Shown: positions 33,799 through 43,893 of the stretch, one piece after another
How the letters are laid out: the number at the start of each line of letters is the position of its first letter
Numbering within the stretch: position 1 is the first letter of the stretch
Source: Nannocystis pusilla
GTDB lineage: Bacteria; Myxococcota_A; Polyangia; Nannocystales; Nannocystaceae
Reading direction: 5' to 3' (one strand)
DNA length: 64,000 nucleotides
Assembly (NCBI RefSeq): GCF_051105105.1
Contig: NZ_CP185339.1
Translations under genes and position numbers: made by a program
Notes under the pieces: model-generated
Seen by the model: only the letters and a program-made list of their open reading frames with translations
What the model was told of the DNA's origin: nothing
Database searches by the model: none

Positions 33799-34038
33799 AT
33801 GAGCGACGAGAAGACTTCATCCCGCCCGAGCAAGGCCAGCCGTGCTTCGCTGCTCGCCAGCGACAAGACCCTGGTCATCGACTACAAGAACCCGCAGCTG
33901 CTCCGCGCCTTCCTCACGGATCGCGGCAAGATCGTCCCGGCCCGGATCTCCGGCGTGACGGCCAAGCAGCAGCGCCAGATCACCAAGGCGGTCAAGCGCG
34001 CGCGCATGCTGGCGCTGCTGCCGTACACGGTGGCCTGA
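33799..34038 (+). CDS. rpsR: 30S ribosomal protein S18
   Basis: [51 protein letters not shown]. Confidence 0.9.
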   Translation: MSDEKTSSRPSKASRASLLASDKTLVIDYKNPQLLRAFLTDRGKIVPARISGVTAKQQRQITKAVKRARMLALLPYTVA

Positions 34039-34066
34039 CCTTCGAGGACAGAAAGGTTTTTCGCTC

Positions 34067-34513
34067 ATGTTGGAACTCATCCTCCGCAGCGACGTCCCCG
34101 GCCTCGGCCGCGCCGGCGAGGTGGTCAAGGTGCGCCCGGGTTACGGCCGCAACTACCTCATCCCGCGCGGGCTGGCGCTCGCCGCCACCCGCGGCAACAT
34201 GGCCCAGCTCGAGCACCAGAAGCGCCTGATCGCCGCCGAGCAGGCGCGCGTCCTCGCCGAGCACAAGGCGATGGCGCAGAAGCTCAAGGGCGTGTCGGTC
34301 TCGATCGCCCGCAAGAAGGGCGGCGAGGGCAAGCTGTTCGGCTCCGTGTCCACCAAGGACATCGCCGAGGCGCTGGCCAACCAGAACATCACGATCGACC
34401 GCAAGCTGATCAAGCTCGACGAGCCGTTCAAGAACATCGGCACCTACGAGGTCCCGGTGCGCTTCAGCGGCGACATCACCGAGACGATCCGCGTCAACGT
34501 GGTCGGCGTGTGA
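34067..34513 (+). CDS. rplI: 50S ribosomal protein L9
   Basis: MLELILRSDVPGLGRAGEVVKVRPGYGRNYLIPRGLA is the L9 N-domain. Confidence 0.9.
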   Translation: MLELILRSDVPGLGRAGEVVKVRPGYGRNYLIPRGLALAATRGNMAQLEHQKRLIAAEQARVLAEHKAMAQKLKGVSVSIARKKGGEGKLFGSVSTKDIAEALANQNITIDRKLIKLDEPFKNIGTYEVPVRFSGDITETIRVNVVGV

Positions 34514-34556
34514 ACGCCGCGCCGGCCCGCCACGGGTCGGCCGCGTGCGTGAAGGC

Positions 34557-34604
34557 GAGGGGTCCGCGGCGCGGGCCCCTCGTTTCTTGCTTTCTTTGCT
34601 TTGC
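34557..34604 (+). terminator. intrinsic terminator after rplI
   Basis: GAGGGGTCCGCGGCGCGGGCCCCTC hairpin followed by GTTTCTTGCTTTCTTTGCTTTGC. Confidence 0.5.
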
Positions 34605-34629
34605 GGCCGCGGACGACCGCGGCGGTCGG

Positions 34630-34866
34630 CTACTCGCCCTGGAGGCGCTGGGCGCTGCAGTCGCCCATGAGGCACTGGGCCGAGTAGACGCCCTTCTGAC
34701 CGCAGCCGGCGACGTGGTACTTGCCGTAGACCTCGTCGCCGCGGACCTTCAGCTTCTCGGCGTCGCACTTGAAGTCGGCGGCGGCCTGGGTGCGCGTGAC
34801 TTTCTCCAGCTTGCCGGCGCAGGCGGACAGCGCGACGGCGGCGAGGGCGACGAGGACGGGGCGCAT
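34630..34866 (-). CDS. small cysteine-rich lipoprotein, unknown function
   Basis: MRPVLVALAAVALSAC lipobox. 78 aa with 6 further Cys. Convergent with rplI. Confidence 0.4.
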   Translation of the reverse strand: MRPVLVALAAVALSACAGKLEKVTRTQAAADFKCDAEKLKVRGDEVYGKYHVAGCGQKGVYSAQCLMGDCSAQRLQGE

Positions 34867-34912
34867 GCGGTCACCTTGCCACGACGGGCCGCGGCGTGAA
34901 AGGGTGGAGCCG

Positions 34913-35410
34913 ATGGAACGCCACTACCTCGCCGATTACGACGCGCTCGGGCTGCCGCCGGACGAGGCCCTGCGCCGCGTGATCGCCCGCGCCGACGCCG
35001 ACTCGCAATTCTTCGAAGACCTCGAGCAGTTGATGTTCGAGCTCGCGCCGATGACTCCCGACCAGCTCGACTGTCACGCGCCCAAGTTCTTCGTGGTGGC
35101 GATGGACGGCGGAGGCAGCGCGTTCGGTCGCTACGTCGACCCCCAGGTCGCGCGCACCGTCGGCCTCCCGTGGGTGATGTGGGATCACGAGGATGACGCG
35201 CTCGTCTTCCTCGCCGACGACACCGCCGGCTTCTTCTCGGGCCTCATCGATTTCCGCTGCCATCACAAGCCGAACGATCCGAGCGCTCGCCGCGTGCGCG
35301 CGGTGCTGACGGAGCTGGGGCTGCAGCTCGGCGCGCCCGGCAAGAGCATGCCGGGGTTCCTCGCCGGCAAGCCCGCCGCGTGGTTGCCGGCGGGACCGCT
35401 GTCGCACTAG
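34913..35410 (+). CDS. SMI1/KNR4 (SUKH-1) family protein, immunity-protein-like
   Basis: Internal ATG 34913 with a GGTGGAG RBS. FFVVAMDGGGSAFGRYVD...VMWDHEDDALVFLADDTAGFF matches the SUKH/SMI1-KNR4 core (..dgggn.y.ld....v.fwdhe...). The ORF-track 34769 start overlaps the antisense lipoprotein gene. Confidence 0.5.
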   Translation: MERHYLADYDALGLPPDEALRRVIARADADSQFFEDLEQLMFELAPMTPDQLDCHAPKFFVVAMDGGGSAFGRYVDPQVARTVGLPWVMWDHEDDALVFLADDTAGFFSGLIDFRCHHKPNDPSARRVRAVLTELGLQLGAPGKSMPGFLAGKPAAWLPAGPLSH

Positions 35411-35477
35411 GACGAGCCGTCGCGCCGCGCGCGACTCGACAGGAGGCGCGCGGCTCGGGCATCCTCCGGGGCTGGCC

Positions 35478-36893
35478 ATGGTCGGACGTACTCTCCCGCA
35501 CAACAGCGAGGCCGAGGCGGCGATCCTCGGCGGCATCATCTTGCGCGGCGATCAGGCGCTGCTCGACGTGCTCGACGTGGTGCGCGAGGAGGACTTCTAC
35601 GTCCCGGCGCATCAGGCCGTGTTCCGGGCGATGCGGGCGCTGTCGGAGAAGCGCGAGCCGATCGACACGGTCACGCTCGAGGCGCAGCTGCGGGCCAGTG
35701 ACGAGCTCAAGCTGGTCGGCGGCATCGAGGCACTGTCGCGGCTCGCCGATCGCTACGCGACCAGCCGCAACATCACCCACCACGCCGAGATGGTCCGGCG
35801 CCAGGCGACCATCCGCAACCTCGTCGTCGTCACCAAGGAGATCGCCGAAGAGGGGATGGGCGACCTCGAGAGCCCGGACGAGTTCATCGACCAGGCCGAG
35901 AAGCGGGTGCTCGAGGTCAACGAGCGCGGGCGCAAGACCGGCTACGTGTCGTCGCGCGACCTGCTGATCCAGGTGTTCAACAACATCTCGGAGCGGGCCA
36001 AGCGGAAGAACCCGATCACCGGGGTGCCCACCAACTTCACGCAGCTCGACCACATGACCGGCGGGCTGCAGCCGGGCGACCTGGTGATCATCGCGGCGCG
36101 TCCGTCGATGGGCAAGACGGCGTTCGTGCTCAACCTGGCGCAGGCCGCCTGCATCATGCCGCAGCGCTTCGACGGCCTGCCCGACAGCGAGAAGCCGGTG
36201 ATGCACCCGGTGCTGTTCTTCTCGCTCGAGATGGGCGCGAGCCAGTTGGTCGAGCGCGTGCTGTGTGCCGAGGCCCGCGTCGACGCGGGCAAGCTGCGCA
36301 CCGGCAACTATCTCGAGGAAGAGTGGATCCGCATGACCAGCGCGGCGTCGCGGATCGCCCAGAGCAAGTTCTACATCGACGACCAGGCGGCGCCGTCGAT
36401 CCTCGAGATGCGCGCGCGCGCGCGCCGCTTCAAGGACGACAAGAGCATTTTCCCTGGCATCGAGGGCCAATTCGGGATGATCATCGTCGACTACCTGCAG
36501 CTCGCGCGCGGCGGCAAGTCCCGCTACGACTCGCGCGAGCAGGAGATCAGCGAGATCTCGCGCGGCCTCAAGGCGATGGCCAAAGAGCTGCGGATGCCCG
36601 TCCTGGCGCTGTCCCAGCTCAACCGCGCGGTCGACACCCGCGCCGACCACCGGCCCCAGCTGTCGGACCTGCGCGAGTCCGGCGCCATCGAGCAGGATGC
36701 GGACGTCATCATGTTCATCTACCGCGCCGAGCGCTACGCCGCGACCGAGGACGAGAAGAAGAAGGTCGAGAACCAGGCCGAGATCATCATCGGCAAGCAG
36801 CGCAACGGGCCGATCGGCGAGGTCCCGCTGATGTTCATCAAGCACATGACGCGGTTCGAAAACCCGGCCGAACCGGGCTTTCATCGCGACTGA
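35478..36893 (+). CDS. dnaB: replicative DNA helicase DnaB
   Basis: N-terminal primase-interaction domain. Walker A ARPSMGKTAF. H1a, H2 and H4 motifs (SLEMGASQL, IIVDYLQL, ALSQLNR). Confidence 0.9.
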   Translation: MVGRTLPHNSEAEAAILGGIILRGDQALLDVLDVVREEDFYVPAHQAVFRAMRALSEKREPIDTVTLEAQLRASDELKLVGGIEALSRLADRYATSRNITHHAEMVRRQATIRNLVVVTKEIAEEGMGDLESPDEFIDQAEKRVLEVNERGRKTGYVSSRDLLIQVFNNISERAKRKNPITGVPTNFTQLDHMTGGLQPGDLVIIAARPSMGKTAFVLNLAQAACIMPQRFDGLPDSEKPVMHPVLFFSLEMGASQLVERVLCAEARVDAGKLRTGNYLEEEWIRMTSAASRIAQSKFYIDDQAAPSILEMRARARRFKDDKSIFPGIEGQFGMIIVDYLQLARGGKSRYDSREQEISEISRGLKAMAKELRMPVLALSQLNRAVDTRADHRPQLSDLRESGAIEQDADVIMFIYRAERYAATEDEKKKVENQAEIIIGKQRNGPIGEVPLMFIKHMTRFENPAEPGFHRD

Positions 36894-37082
36894 GGCGCGG
36901 ACTCCTGCGGCCGTGGGGGCGCGCGCGGGCCAGTGAGGGTCCTCGCCGGGGTGTTCGCGCCGGTGCCTGCGCCGTCGCCGAGAGGTGGCCGCGGCGCCCG
37001 CAGGATCGCCTGGAAGGGCCGCAGCGGCCGTTTGGTCGCAACGTAGCGGCGCCGGCGCGGTCCGTGCTAGGTTCTGAGGGCG

Positions 37083-38130
37083 ATGTCGTCGGTTCCGACC
37101 CAGATCGGCCCCTACAAGGTCAAAGGCCTCGTCGGCAAGGGGGCCATGGGGGAGGTCTATGAGGGCGTCGACGCCGGTCTCGGCCGGCGGGTGGCGATCA
37201 AGATCCTCGGCAAGAAGCACCGCGAGTCCGAGGAGTTCAAGACGCGGTTCCTCCGCGAGGGCAAGGCCCTGGCGCAGATGAATCACCCCAACGTGGTGGC
37301 GGTGTACTTCATCGGCGAGCACGAGGACCGGCCCTTCCTGGCGATGGAGTTCCTCGACGGCGAGGACATCGGCGCGATGCTGAAGAAGCGGGGCGCGCTG
37401 CACCCGGGCGACGCGGCGGAGGTCATCCGCCAGGCGGCGATCGGGCTCGCCGAGACCCAGCGAGTGGGCGTCGTACACCGCGACGTGAAGCCGTCGAACC
37501 TGGTCGTGACGTTCGACGGGCATCGTCAAGGTGACCGACTTCGGCCTGGCCAAGGCGCTGCAAGAGGACCTGTCGATCACCGCCACCGGCGTGTTCGTCG
37601 GCACGCCCGACTACCTCGCGCCCGAGCAGGCGATGGGCAAGGAGGTCGACGCCCGCGCCGACGTTTATGCGCTCGGCTGCTCGCTGTTTCACATGTGCAG
37701 CGGTCACCCGCCGTTCCGCAAGGGCGGCCAGGACGACCACTACACCGCGGTGGTGCGCCGCCACCTGCGTTCGGAGCGGCCGGAGCTCAAGTACGAGATC
37801 AAGGGCTTCGACGAGGCGCTGTCCGACCTGTGCCGGCGCATGATGAGCCGCCGCCCCGACGTGCGCCCGTCCTTCGAGGAGCTCAAGGTCGGCCTCACCG
37901 AGATCTCGAAGCGCCTCGGCGGGCAGGTGCCCCCGCGTCACGCCGACGTGGAGCTGCGCTCGCCCGAGGAGATCAGCGAGAAGATCCGGCAGGAGCAGAA
38001 GAAGACGCCGCCCGGCGCGGCGCCCGGCTCGCCGCCGAGCGGGGCGACGCGGACGACGATGATCGCGGTCGGCATCGGCGTGACGATCGGCATCGCCCTC
38101 GGCGTTGTGCTGGCCGTGATGAGCCTGTAG
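37083..38130 (+). pseudogene. Ser/Thr protein kinase with C-terminal transmembrane tail; frameshifted in a GGG run at about 37518-37521
   Basis: Kinase subdomains I-VIb in the ORF 37083 frame (GKGAMGEVY, AIK, HRDVKPSNLVV). Subdomains VII-XI in the ORF 37531 frame (VTDFGLAKAL, GTPDYLAPE), ending in the TM segment MIAVGIGVTIGIALGVVLAVMSL. The frames join only if GGGC becomes GGC (FDG/IVKVTDFG). Confidence 0.7.
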
Positions 38131-38143
38131 AGCTTGGCTCTGC

Positions 38144-38968
38144 ATGCTCCACTCGGAAGACCCGCACTACCACCGCGCCGCCGAACACCTGCGTGAACGC
38201 CTCGAGGGCGCCAAGATCGACTGGGTCGTGGTGTCCGGCTCCGGCTTCGTCGGCATGGCCGGCGACGGGCCCGACGGGCTCGGCATGACGGTGGAGGGCT
38301 CGATCCCGCTGCGCGGCCTCGGCCTGCCGGTGCCCACGGTCGCCGGCCACGGCACCGCGCTGGTGTTCGGCACCGTCGGCAAGCTGCGCGTGTGCGTGCA
38401 GACCGGCCGGATCCACCCGTACGAGGGTCACCCGATCAACGTCGTCACCGCGCCGCTGTGGGCCATGCTGGCGAACGGCGCGCGCGGAGTGTGCCTGACC
38501 TGCGCCGTCGGCGGGCTCGACCCGGCGCTGCGCACCGGCCAGGTGGTGCTGCTCAAGGACCAGATGAACCTGTTCGGCCCGACCCCGCTGGTCGGGGCCC
38601 GCTTCATCGACATGAGCCAGCTCTACAGCCCGCACCTGCGCGCGCGCCTGCAGGCGATCGACCCCGGGCTCGGCGCGAGCAAGCTGGCCGAGGTGGTCTA
38701 CGCCCACGCCCGCGGCCCGCAGTACGAGACCCCGGCCGAGACGTTGGCCCTGCGCGCGCTCGGCGGCCAGGTCGTCGGCATGTCGACCACCTACGAGGCG
38801 ATCCTCGCCGCCGCCCACGGCGCGGCGGTCTGCGGCGTCGGCGTGGTCACGAACGCGGCCAGCCAGGTCGGTCTGAACCACGAAGAGGTCCAGGAGCGCA
38901 CCCGCGCGGCCAAGCCCCAGGTGGCCAGCCTGCTGCGCGGGCTGCTGGCGCAGCCGCCTGGCGCTTGA
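38144..38968 (+). CDS. punA: purine nucleoside phosphorylase (PNP family 1, PunA/MTAP-like)
   Basis: VVSGSGF...GKLRV..GRIHPYEG...GMSTTYEAILAA motifs. Confidence 0.8.
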   Translation: MLHSEDPHYHRAAEHLRERLEGAKIDWVVVSGSGFVGMAGDGPDGLGMTVEGSIPLRGLGLPVPTVAGHGTALVFGTVGKLRVCVQTGRIHPYEGHPINVVTAPLWAMLANGARGVCLTCAVGGLDPALRTGQVVLLKDQMNLFGPTPLVGARFIDMSQLYSPHLRARLQAIDPGLGASKLAEVVYAHARGPQYETPAETLALRALGGQVVGMSTTYEAILAAAHGAAVCGVGVVTNAASQVGLNHEEVQERTRAAKPQVASLLRGLLAQPPGA

Positions 38969-39025
38969 GGCATGCTCGAAAGCGCATGTCCGAAGGGGCA
39001 TGCGCGAAGGGGCATGTCTGAGCGA
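38969..39025. repeat. CATG-palindrome repeat cluster after punA
   Basis: GCATGCTCGAAAG, CGCATGTCCGAAGG, GGCATGCGCGAAGG, GGCATGTCTGAGCGAA. Confidence 0.7.
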
Positions 39026-39427
39026 ACAGGCTGCCGGAAGGAGCGCCGTGATCGATGAACCGGTGACGCCGCCGCGCGCCGGAGCGTGGCGGCGCTCTCG
39101 CCTGTACGCGTTCGCCCGCTGACCCGCTGCACGGACGCGCTCCGCAGCAGGTCGAGGCGTGGAGCACCCCCGGGGTCGACGCGGCGCTGCAGCGCGCGGC
39201 CTACGAGGCGGTCGTGGTCCTCGATCGATCCCGAGACCCCCGCGAATCCGCGAGGTCGAGCGACGCGGGATCGCGGAGCGATGGGGCGCCCCCGAAGCGC
39301 GGGTCGGTCGCTGCTGGAGCCGCGCGAGGGTCGACGCCCGCATCGGCGCACGCGTGAGCGACGAGGCAGGTCGGGGCCGTCGTCGGCGAGCCGCGCGTGC
39401 GCCTCGGCGTGGTATGACCGGGGCGTC

Positions 39428-40489
39428 GTGAGCGTGAAGCCCGAGCGGATCGCGGCCGCAGCGCGGGCCCGCCAGGTCGCCTTGCTGGGGCTCCTGGCCG
39501 CGCGGGCCGACGCGATCGGCGAGTCGCTGGCGCGCACCCACGGGATGGTCGCGTGGGATCGGCACAAGACGATCGGCAAGCTCCAGCGCGGGCTGTGGGC
39601 GCTCCGCGAGCAGCGCTTCCACGGGCTCGGGGGCCCGCCCGCGCGGGTGTGCGAGCGCAAGGACCAGCCGCTCGAGAGCCTGCTGATCGTCAGCACGCTG
39701 CTGCGCCAGGGGAGGCGCGTGCACCTCGAGGTCGAGGCGGGCGCGAGCGCGGTGGTGCCGGAGCTGCTGGCCGAGCTGCGCGACGAGCTGTCGCGCGAGC
39801 AGGCCGGCGAGGCGCTGACGATCGGGGCGGCCGGCGAGGCGGCTCCGGACGAGGCGCGCGCGTGGGAGCGGGTCGGGGTGACGCCGGCGCGGCCGCGGGT
39901 GGCGGCGGTGCACGCGGACGCGGACCGCGAGCTGGCCGCGTATGCGCTGGCGCTGTCGGGGCTGCGCCGCGGCGGGGCCGATCCGCGGCGCATCGTGCAG
40001 GCGTTCGTGGCGGGGCCGCTGGAGCGGCTGGAGCGGCACCTGCACCGGCTGTGGGTCGGCGCGGCGTTCGGGCCGCCGGACGACCCGGAGATGTTCGCGG
40101 GGCCGGTCGAGCCGGCGCTGGCCGAGGTGTACCGGGTCGCGTTGGCCGCGTGGTCGGCTGTCCCCGGGGCCAGGGTGCTCTGTCCCGGAGGACAGCTCGA
40201 GCGCCCGGGCGATCCGCGGACGTACCTCGCGCCGGCGCTGCTGCGCGCGCCGCCGATCGAGCCGCCCCCCGCCCACGCCGGGGCGATTGGCCCGCTGGTG
40301 GTGCTGCACCCGTGCGAGCCGGCCACGCTCGACGCGGCGCTGGCGGCCTGTCGGGCCCGCGGAGACGTGATCCAGCCGCTCGGGCCGGAGGCGTGGCGCC
40401 AGCGCGTCGGCACCCCGCCGATGGCGCCGCTGCAGCCGCTCGCGCTGGGCCGCTTGCCGCCCGGTCTGCCCGAGCCGCGGCCGACGTGA
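39428..40489 (+). CDS. hypothetical protein
   Basis: In ORF-track 39086..40489 the first about 114 codons are Arg-rich junk overlapping the repeat region. A plausible protein begins at GTG 39428 (VSVKPERIAAAARARQVALLGLL...). No family recognised. Confidence 0.35.
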   Translation: MSVKPERIAAAARARQVALLGLLAARADAIGESLARTHGMVAWDRHKTIGKLQRGLWALREQRFHGLGGPPARVCERKDQPLESLLIVSTLLRQGRRVHLEVEAGASAVVPELLAELRDELSREQAGEALTIGAAGEAAPDEARAWERVGVTPARPRVAAVHADADRELAAYALALSGLRRGGADPRRIVQAFVAGPLERLERHLHRLWVGAAFGPPDDPEMFAGPVEPALAEVYRVALAAWSAVPGARVLCPGGQLERPGDPRTYLAPALLRAPPIEPPPAHAGAIGPLVVLHPCEPATLDAALAACRARGDVIQPLGPEAWRQRVGTPPMAPLQPLALGRLPPGLPEPRPT

Positions 40490-40857
40490 CGGCGAGCGTG
40501 ACGAGCAGAGGGGTGACGGTCGGGGCGTCGTCCGTGGCGCGTGGGTGATTCGCACCGTCGCGCTCGCATCGGTCTCGCAGCCCCAGACTCGTCGAACCAA
40601 GACGCGTGGAGCCGCGACGGGACCGACGCGCTCGGGCCCGCGGGTAGCGAAGCGATGCGGGGCGCCGACCTTTCGCGTCGGTCAGGAAAAGGCGGCGTCC
40701 AGTTCGCGGGTCGCGGGAGCAGACCGGTCCTCGTGCGCGCTCGGGGGTCACGAGCGAATCGGGGTCGTGGGCGCGGCGGTTGCGGGCGCGCCGCCGAGCC
40801 TGTTGCGGGCGCTCTGCGGCCCCGGAGGGGCGAGGCGGCTGACAGCGCAGCCCGGTC

Positions 40858-43809
40858 GTGCTAGGCGACCGCCCCGTGCGAGCTCTCCTCGATGCAGTGC
40901 GCGCCGCGTGCAGCCCCCGCGACTGGTCTCGCGGGGTCGAGCTCGCGCGCGCGCGGGCCGTCGCGGGGGTGCGGCGCGAGCGCGACGAGGTGGTGCTGCG
41001 GGTCGCGATCAAGGGCGCGGGCAAGAGCCCGACGGTCGCGCTGTACCCCGGCGACGCCGAGTGGAGCTGCGACTGCGACGACGCCGGCGAGTGCTGCTTC
41101 CACGTCGCGGCGGCGGCGATCGCCCTCCAGCGCGCGGTCGAGGCCGGCGAGGCGCTGCCGCGCGGCAGCGAGCGCGCGGGTCGGGTCGGCTACCGCTTCC
41201 GCCGGGCCGAGAGCGGGCTCGAGCTGGTGCGGGTGCGGGTGTCCGAAGGGACAGGTCCCGAGAGCAAGGAGACGCCGCTCGGCCATAGCCTGGCGGCGAT
41301 CACCGGCGGCAAGGTCGAGGGGCCGGGGATCGTGGCGACCGCGGCCGACTTCGAGGCCGAGGGGGCGCTGGGGATCTACAAGCGCGGCTCGCTGGCGCCG
41401 GTGATCACGCGCAAGCTGCTGCCGGCGCTGGCGGGCTGTGAGGACATCACGCTCGACGGCAAGAAGATCAAGGCCGGGGCCGAGCCGGCCGGCTACCACG
41501 GGCGGGTGGCGGCGTTCGAGGGCGGCAAGGGCTTCCGCCTGTACATCGTCCGCGACCCGACGATCACCGAGGTGTTCCCGGCCAGCGGGGTGGTGCTGTG
41601 CGGCGACGTGCTGCGCTGCTTCGACAACGGCGGCATCGGGCCCAAGGAGGCGGCCGAGCTGCGCGTGGGGCTGCAGTTCCCGCCGGAGCGCGCGGGCGAG
41701 CTGGTGGCCGAGGCCATCCCGGCCCTGCGCGCGCGGGTCAAGGGCTTCAAGGAGAAGACCGACCGCCTGCCGGTGCTGTCCGACGCGCGCCCGCGGGTGG
41801 TGTTCGAGGTCGGGCGCGCGGGCACCGGCATGTCTGTCCTTCCGGTCCTGGTCTATGGGACACCCGAGACGGCGCGGGTCGAGGCCGGGCGGCTGGTGAT
41901 CCGCGGGCGCGAGGTGCCGCGCCGCGACGCGCTCGCCGAGGCGTCGCTGGTGCGCCGCCTGAGCGAGCTCGGGCTGCAGTTCGGGCGCACCACCAGCGCC
42001 GTCGGGCCGCTGGCGGTCGGCCTGGCCGAGGCGCTGCGCGGGTTCGAGGGCGGCGAGATCGCCGGCGAGTCGCACCGCGAGTTCGTGCGCAAGGGGCCGC
42101 TGGCGGCCCGCATGATCGCCGGCGAGGGCGGCCGATTGGGCATTGCCTTCGAGACAGGTTCTTCGGGCCATGTCTCGCAGGCGGACGCGCGGCGGGTGCT
42201 CGAGGCGTGGCAGGCGGGCGCGACCGAGGTGGTGCTCGACGACGGCGGGGTGGCGCCGCTGCCGGTCGACTGGCTGTCGCGGTTCGGCTCGGAGGTGACG
42301 CTGCTGCTGGCGGCGCGCGAGCAGGGCGGCGAGCCGGCGACGTGGGCCCGGCCGGCGCTGGCCGAGCTGTGCCGCGCGCTCGACTACCCGCCGCCGCCCG
42401 AGCTGGCGGGGCTGGCGGCGCTGGTCGAGGGCTTCGAGGCGATCCCCGAGACGCAGCTGCCGGCCGAACTGCAGGTCGAGCTGCGCCCGTACCAGCGGCG
42501 CGGCGTCGACTGGCTGGCGTTCCTGCGCGAGGCCGGGCTCGGCGCGCTGCTCGCCGACGACATGGGCCTCGGCAAGACGCTGCAGGCGCTGTGCGCGGTG
42601 CGAGGCCGGACGCTGGTGGTCGCGCCGACCAGCGTGATCCACAACTGGGCGGCCGAGGCGGAGAAGTTCCGACCTGGCCTTCGGGTCAGCGTGTACCACG
42701 GGCCCAAGCGGCGCCTCGATCCGCAGGCCGACCTCACGCTCACCAGCTACGCGCTGCTGCGGCTCGACGCCGAGGCGCTGGCCGGCGAGCGCTGGGACGC
42801 GGTGATCCTCGACGAGGCGCAGGCGATCAAGAACCCCGAGAGCCAGGTCGCGCGGGCGGCGTTCGGGCTGCAGGCCGGCTGGCGGCTGGCGATGACGGGC
42901 ACGCCGGTGGAGAACCGCCTCGACGAGCTGTGGAGCCAGATCCACTTCATCAACCCGGGACTGCTCGGCGGGCGCGCGGACTTCCAGGAGCGGTTCGGCC
43001 GGCCGATCGGCGACGGCGACCAGGCGGCCGCCCGGGCGCTGCGGCGGCGGATCGCGCCGTTCGTGCTGCGTCGGCGCAAGCAGGAGGTCGCGCGCGAGCT
43101 GCCGCCGCGCACCGAGGTGGTGCTGCGCTGCACGCTCGACGCGCGCGAGCGGGCCGTCTACGACGCGGTCCGGGCGGCCACGCACGAGGAGGTGGTGGCG
43201 CAGCTGCAGGCCGGCGGCGGGGTGCTGGCGGCCCTCGAGGCGCTGCTGCGCCTGCGTCAGGCGGCGTGCCACGCGGCGCTGGTGCCGGGCCAGTCGGCCA
43301 CGCGCTCGTCGAAGCTCGAGCTGCTGCTCGAGACCCTGACCGAGGCGATCGCCGAGGGCCACAAGGCGCTGGTGTTCTCGCAGTGGACCAGCCTGCTCGA
43401 CCTGTGCGAGCCGGGGCTGCAGGCGGCGGGGCTGTCGTTCTGCCGCCTCGACGGCTCGACCCGCGACCGCGCCGGGGTGGTGAACCGGTTCCAGGACCCT
43501 GACGGGCCGCCGGTGATGCTGATCTCGCTCAAGGCCGGCGGCACGGGCCTCAACCTGACCGCCGCCGATCACGTGTTCCTGCTCGACCCGTGGTGGAACC
43601 CCGCGGTCGAGGACCAGGCGGCCGACCGCGCCCACCGCATCGGCCAGGAGCGCCCGGTGATCGTGCACCGCCTGGTGGCCGAGGAGACGGTGGAGGAGCG
43701 GATCCTGGCCCTGCAGGCGCGCAAGCGGGCGATCGCCGAGGCGGCCCTCGAAGACGCGGCGGGCGCGGCGGCGATCACCCGCAGCGACCTGCTGGCGCTG
43801 CTCGAGTGA
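40858..43809 (+). CDS. SNF2-family DNA helicase/ATPase with N-terminal SWIM zinc finger
   Basis: SWIM motif [21 protein letters not shown]2 motifs ([28 protein letters not shown]) and the helicase C-domain ([14 protein letters not shown]...[21 protein letters not shown]). Confidence 0.8.
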   Translation: MLGDRPVRALLDAVRAACSPRDWSRGVELARARAVAGVRRERDEVVLRVAIKGAGKSPTVALYPGDAEWSCDCDDAGECCFHVAAAAIALQRAVEAGEALPRGSERAGRVGYRFRRAESGLELVRVRVSEGTGPESKETPLGHSLAAITGGKVEGPGIVATAADFEAEGALGIYKRGSLAPVITRKLLPALAGCEDITLDGKKIKAGAEPAGYHGRVAAFEGGKGFRLYIVRDPTITEVFPASGVVLCGDVLRCFDNGGIGPKEAAELRVGLQFPPERAGELVAEAIPALRARVKGFKEKTDRLPVLSDARPRVVFEVGRAGTGMSVLPVLVYGTPETARVEAGRLVIRGREVPRRDALAEASLVRRLSELGLQFGRTTSAVGPLAVGLAEALRGFEGGEIAGESHREFVRKGPLAARMIAGEGGRLGIAFETGSSGHVSQADARRVLEAWQAGATEVVLDDGGVAPLPVDWLSRFGSEVTLLLAAREQGGEPATWARPALAELCRALDYPPPPELAGLAALVEGFEAIPETQLPAELQVELRPYQRRGVDWLAFLREAGLGALLADDMGLGKTLQALCAVRGRTLVVAPTSVIHNWAAEAEKFRPGLRVSVYHGPKRRLDPQADLTLTSYALLRLDAEALAGERWDAVILDEAQAIKNPESQVARAAFGLQAGWRLAMTGTPVENRLDELWSQIHFINPGLLGGRADFQERFGRPIGDGDQAAARALRRRIAPFVLRRRKQEVARELPPRTEVVLRCTLDARERAVYDAVRAATHEEVVAQLQAGGGVLAALEALLRLRQAACHAALVPGQSATRSSKLELLLETLTEAIAEGHKALVFSQWTSLLDLCEPGLQAAGLSFCRLDGSTRDRAGVVNRFQDPDGPPVMLISLKAGGTGLNLTAADHVFLLDPWWNPAVEDQAADRAHRIGQERPVIVHRLVAEETVEERILALQARKRAIAEAALEDAAGAAAITRSDLLALLE

Positions 43810-43819
43810 AGTCGTCGTG

Positions 43820-43890
43820 AAAGACATGCCGGTTCGGACATGCCCGAATGGGCATGGCCTCCGCGACATGCCCGCAAGGACATGTCCATG
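43820..43890. repeat. CATG-palindrome repeat cluster (convergent intergenic, SNF2 / FG-GAP)
   Basis: AAAGACATGCC, TTCGGACATGCCCGAA, TGGGCATGGCC, CGACATGCCCGCAAGG, GGACATGTCC. Confidence 0.7.
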
Positions 43891-43893
43891 GGG

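Noticed and set aside
39086-39427. N-terminal 114 codons of ORF 39086..40489, and ORF 39159..39431
   Set aside because: Arg-rich low complexity overlapping the repeat region. There is no RBS or start context. The real protein more plausibly starts at GTG 39428.
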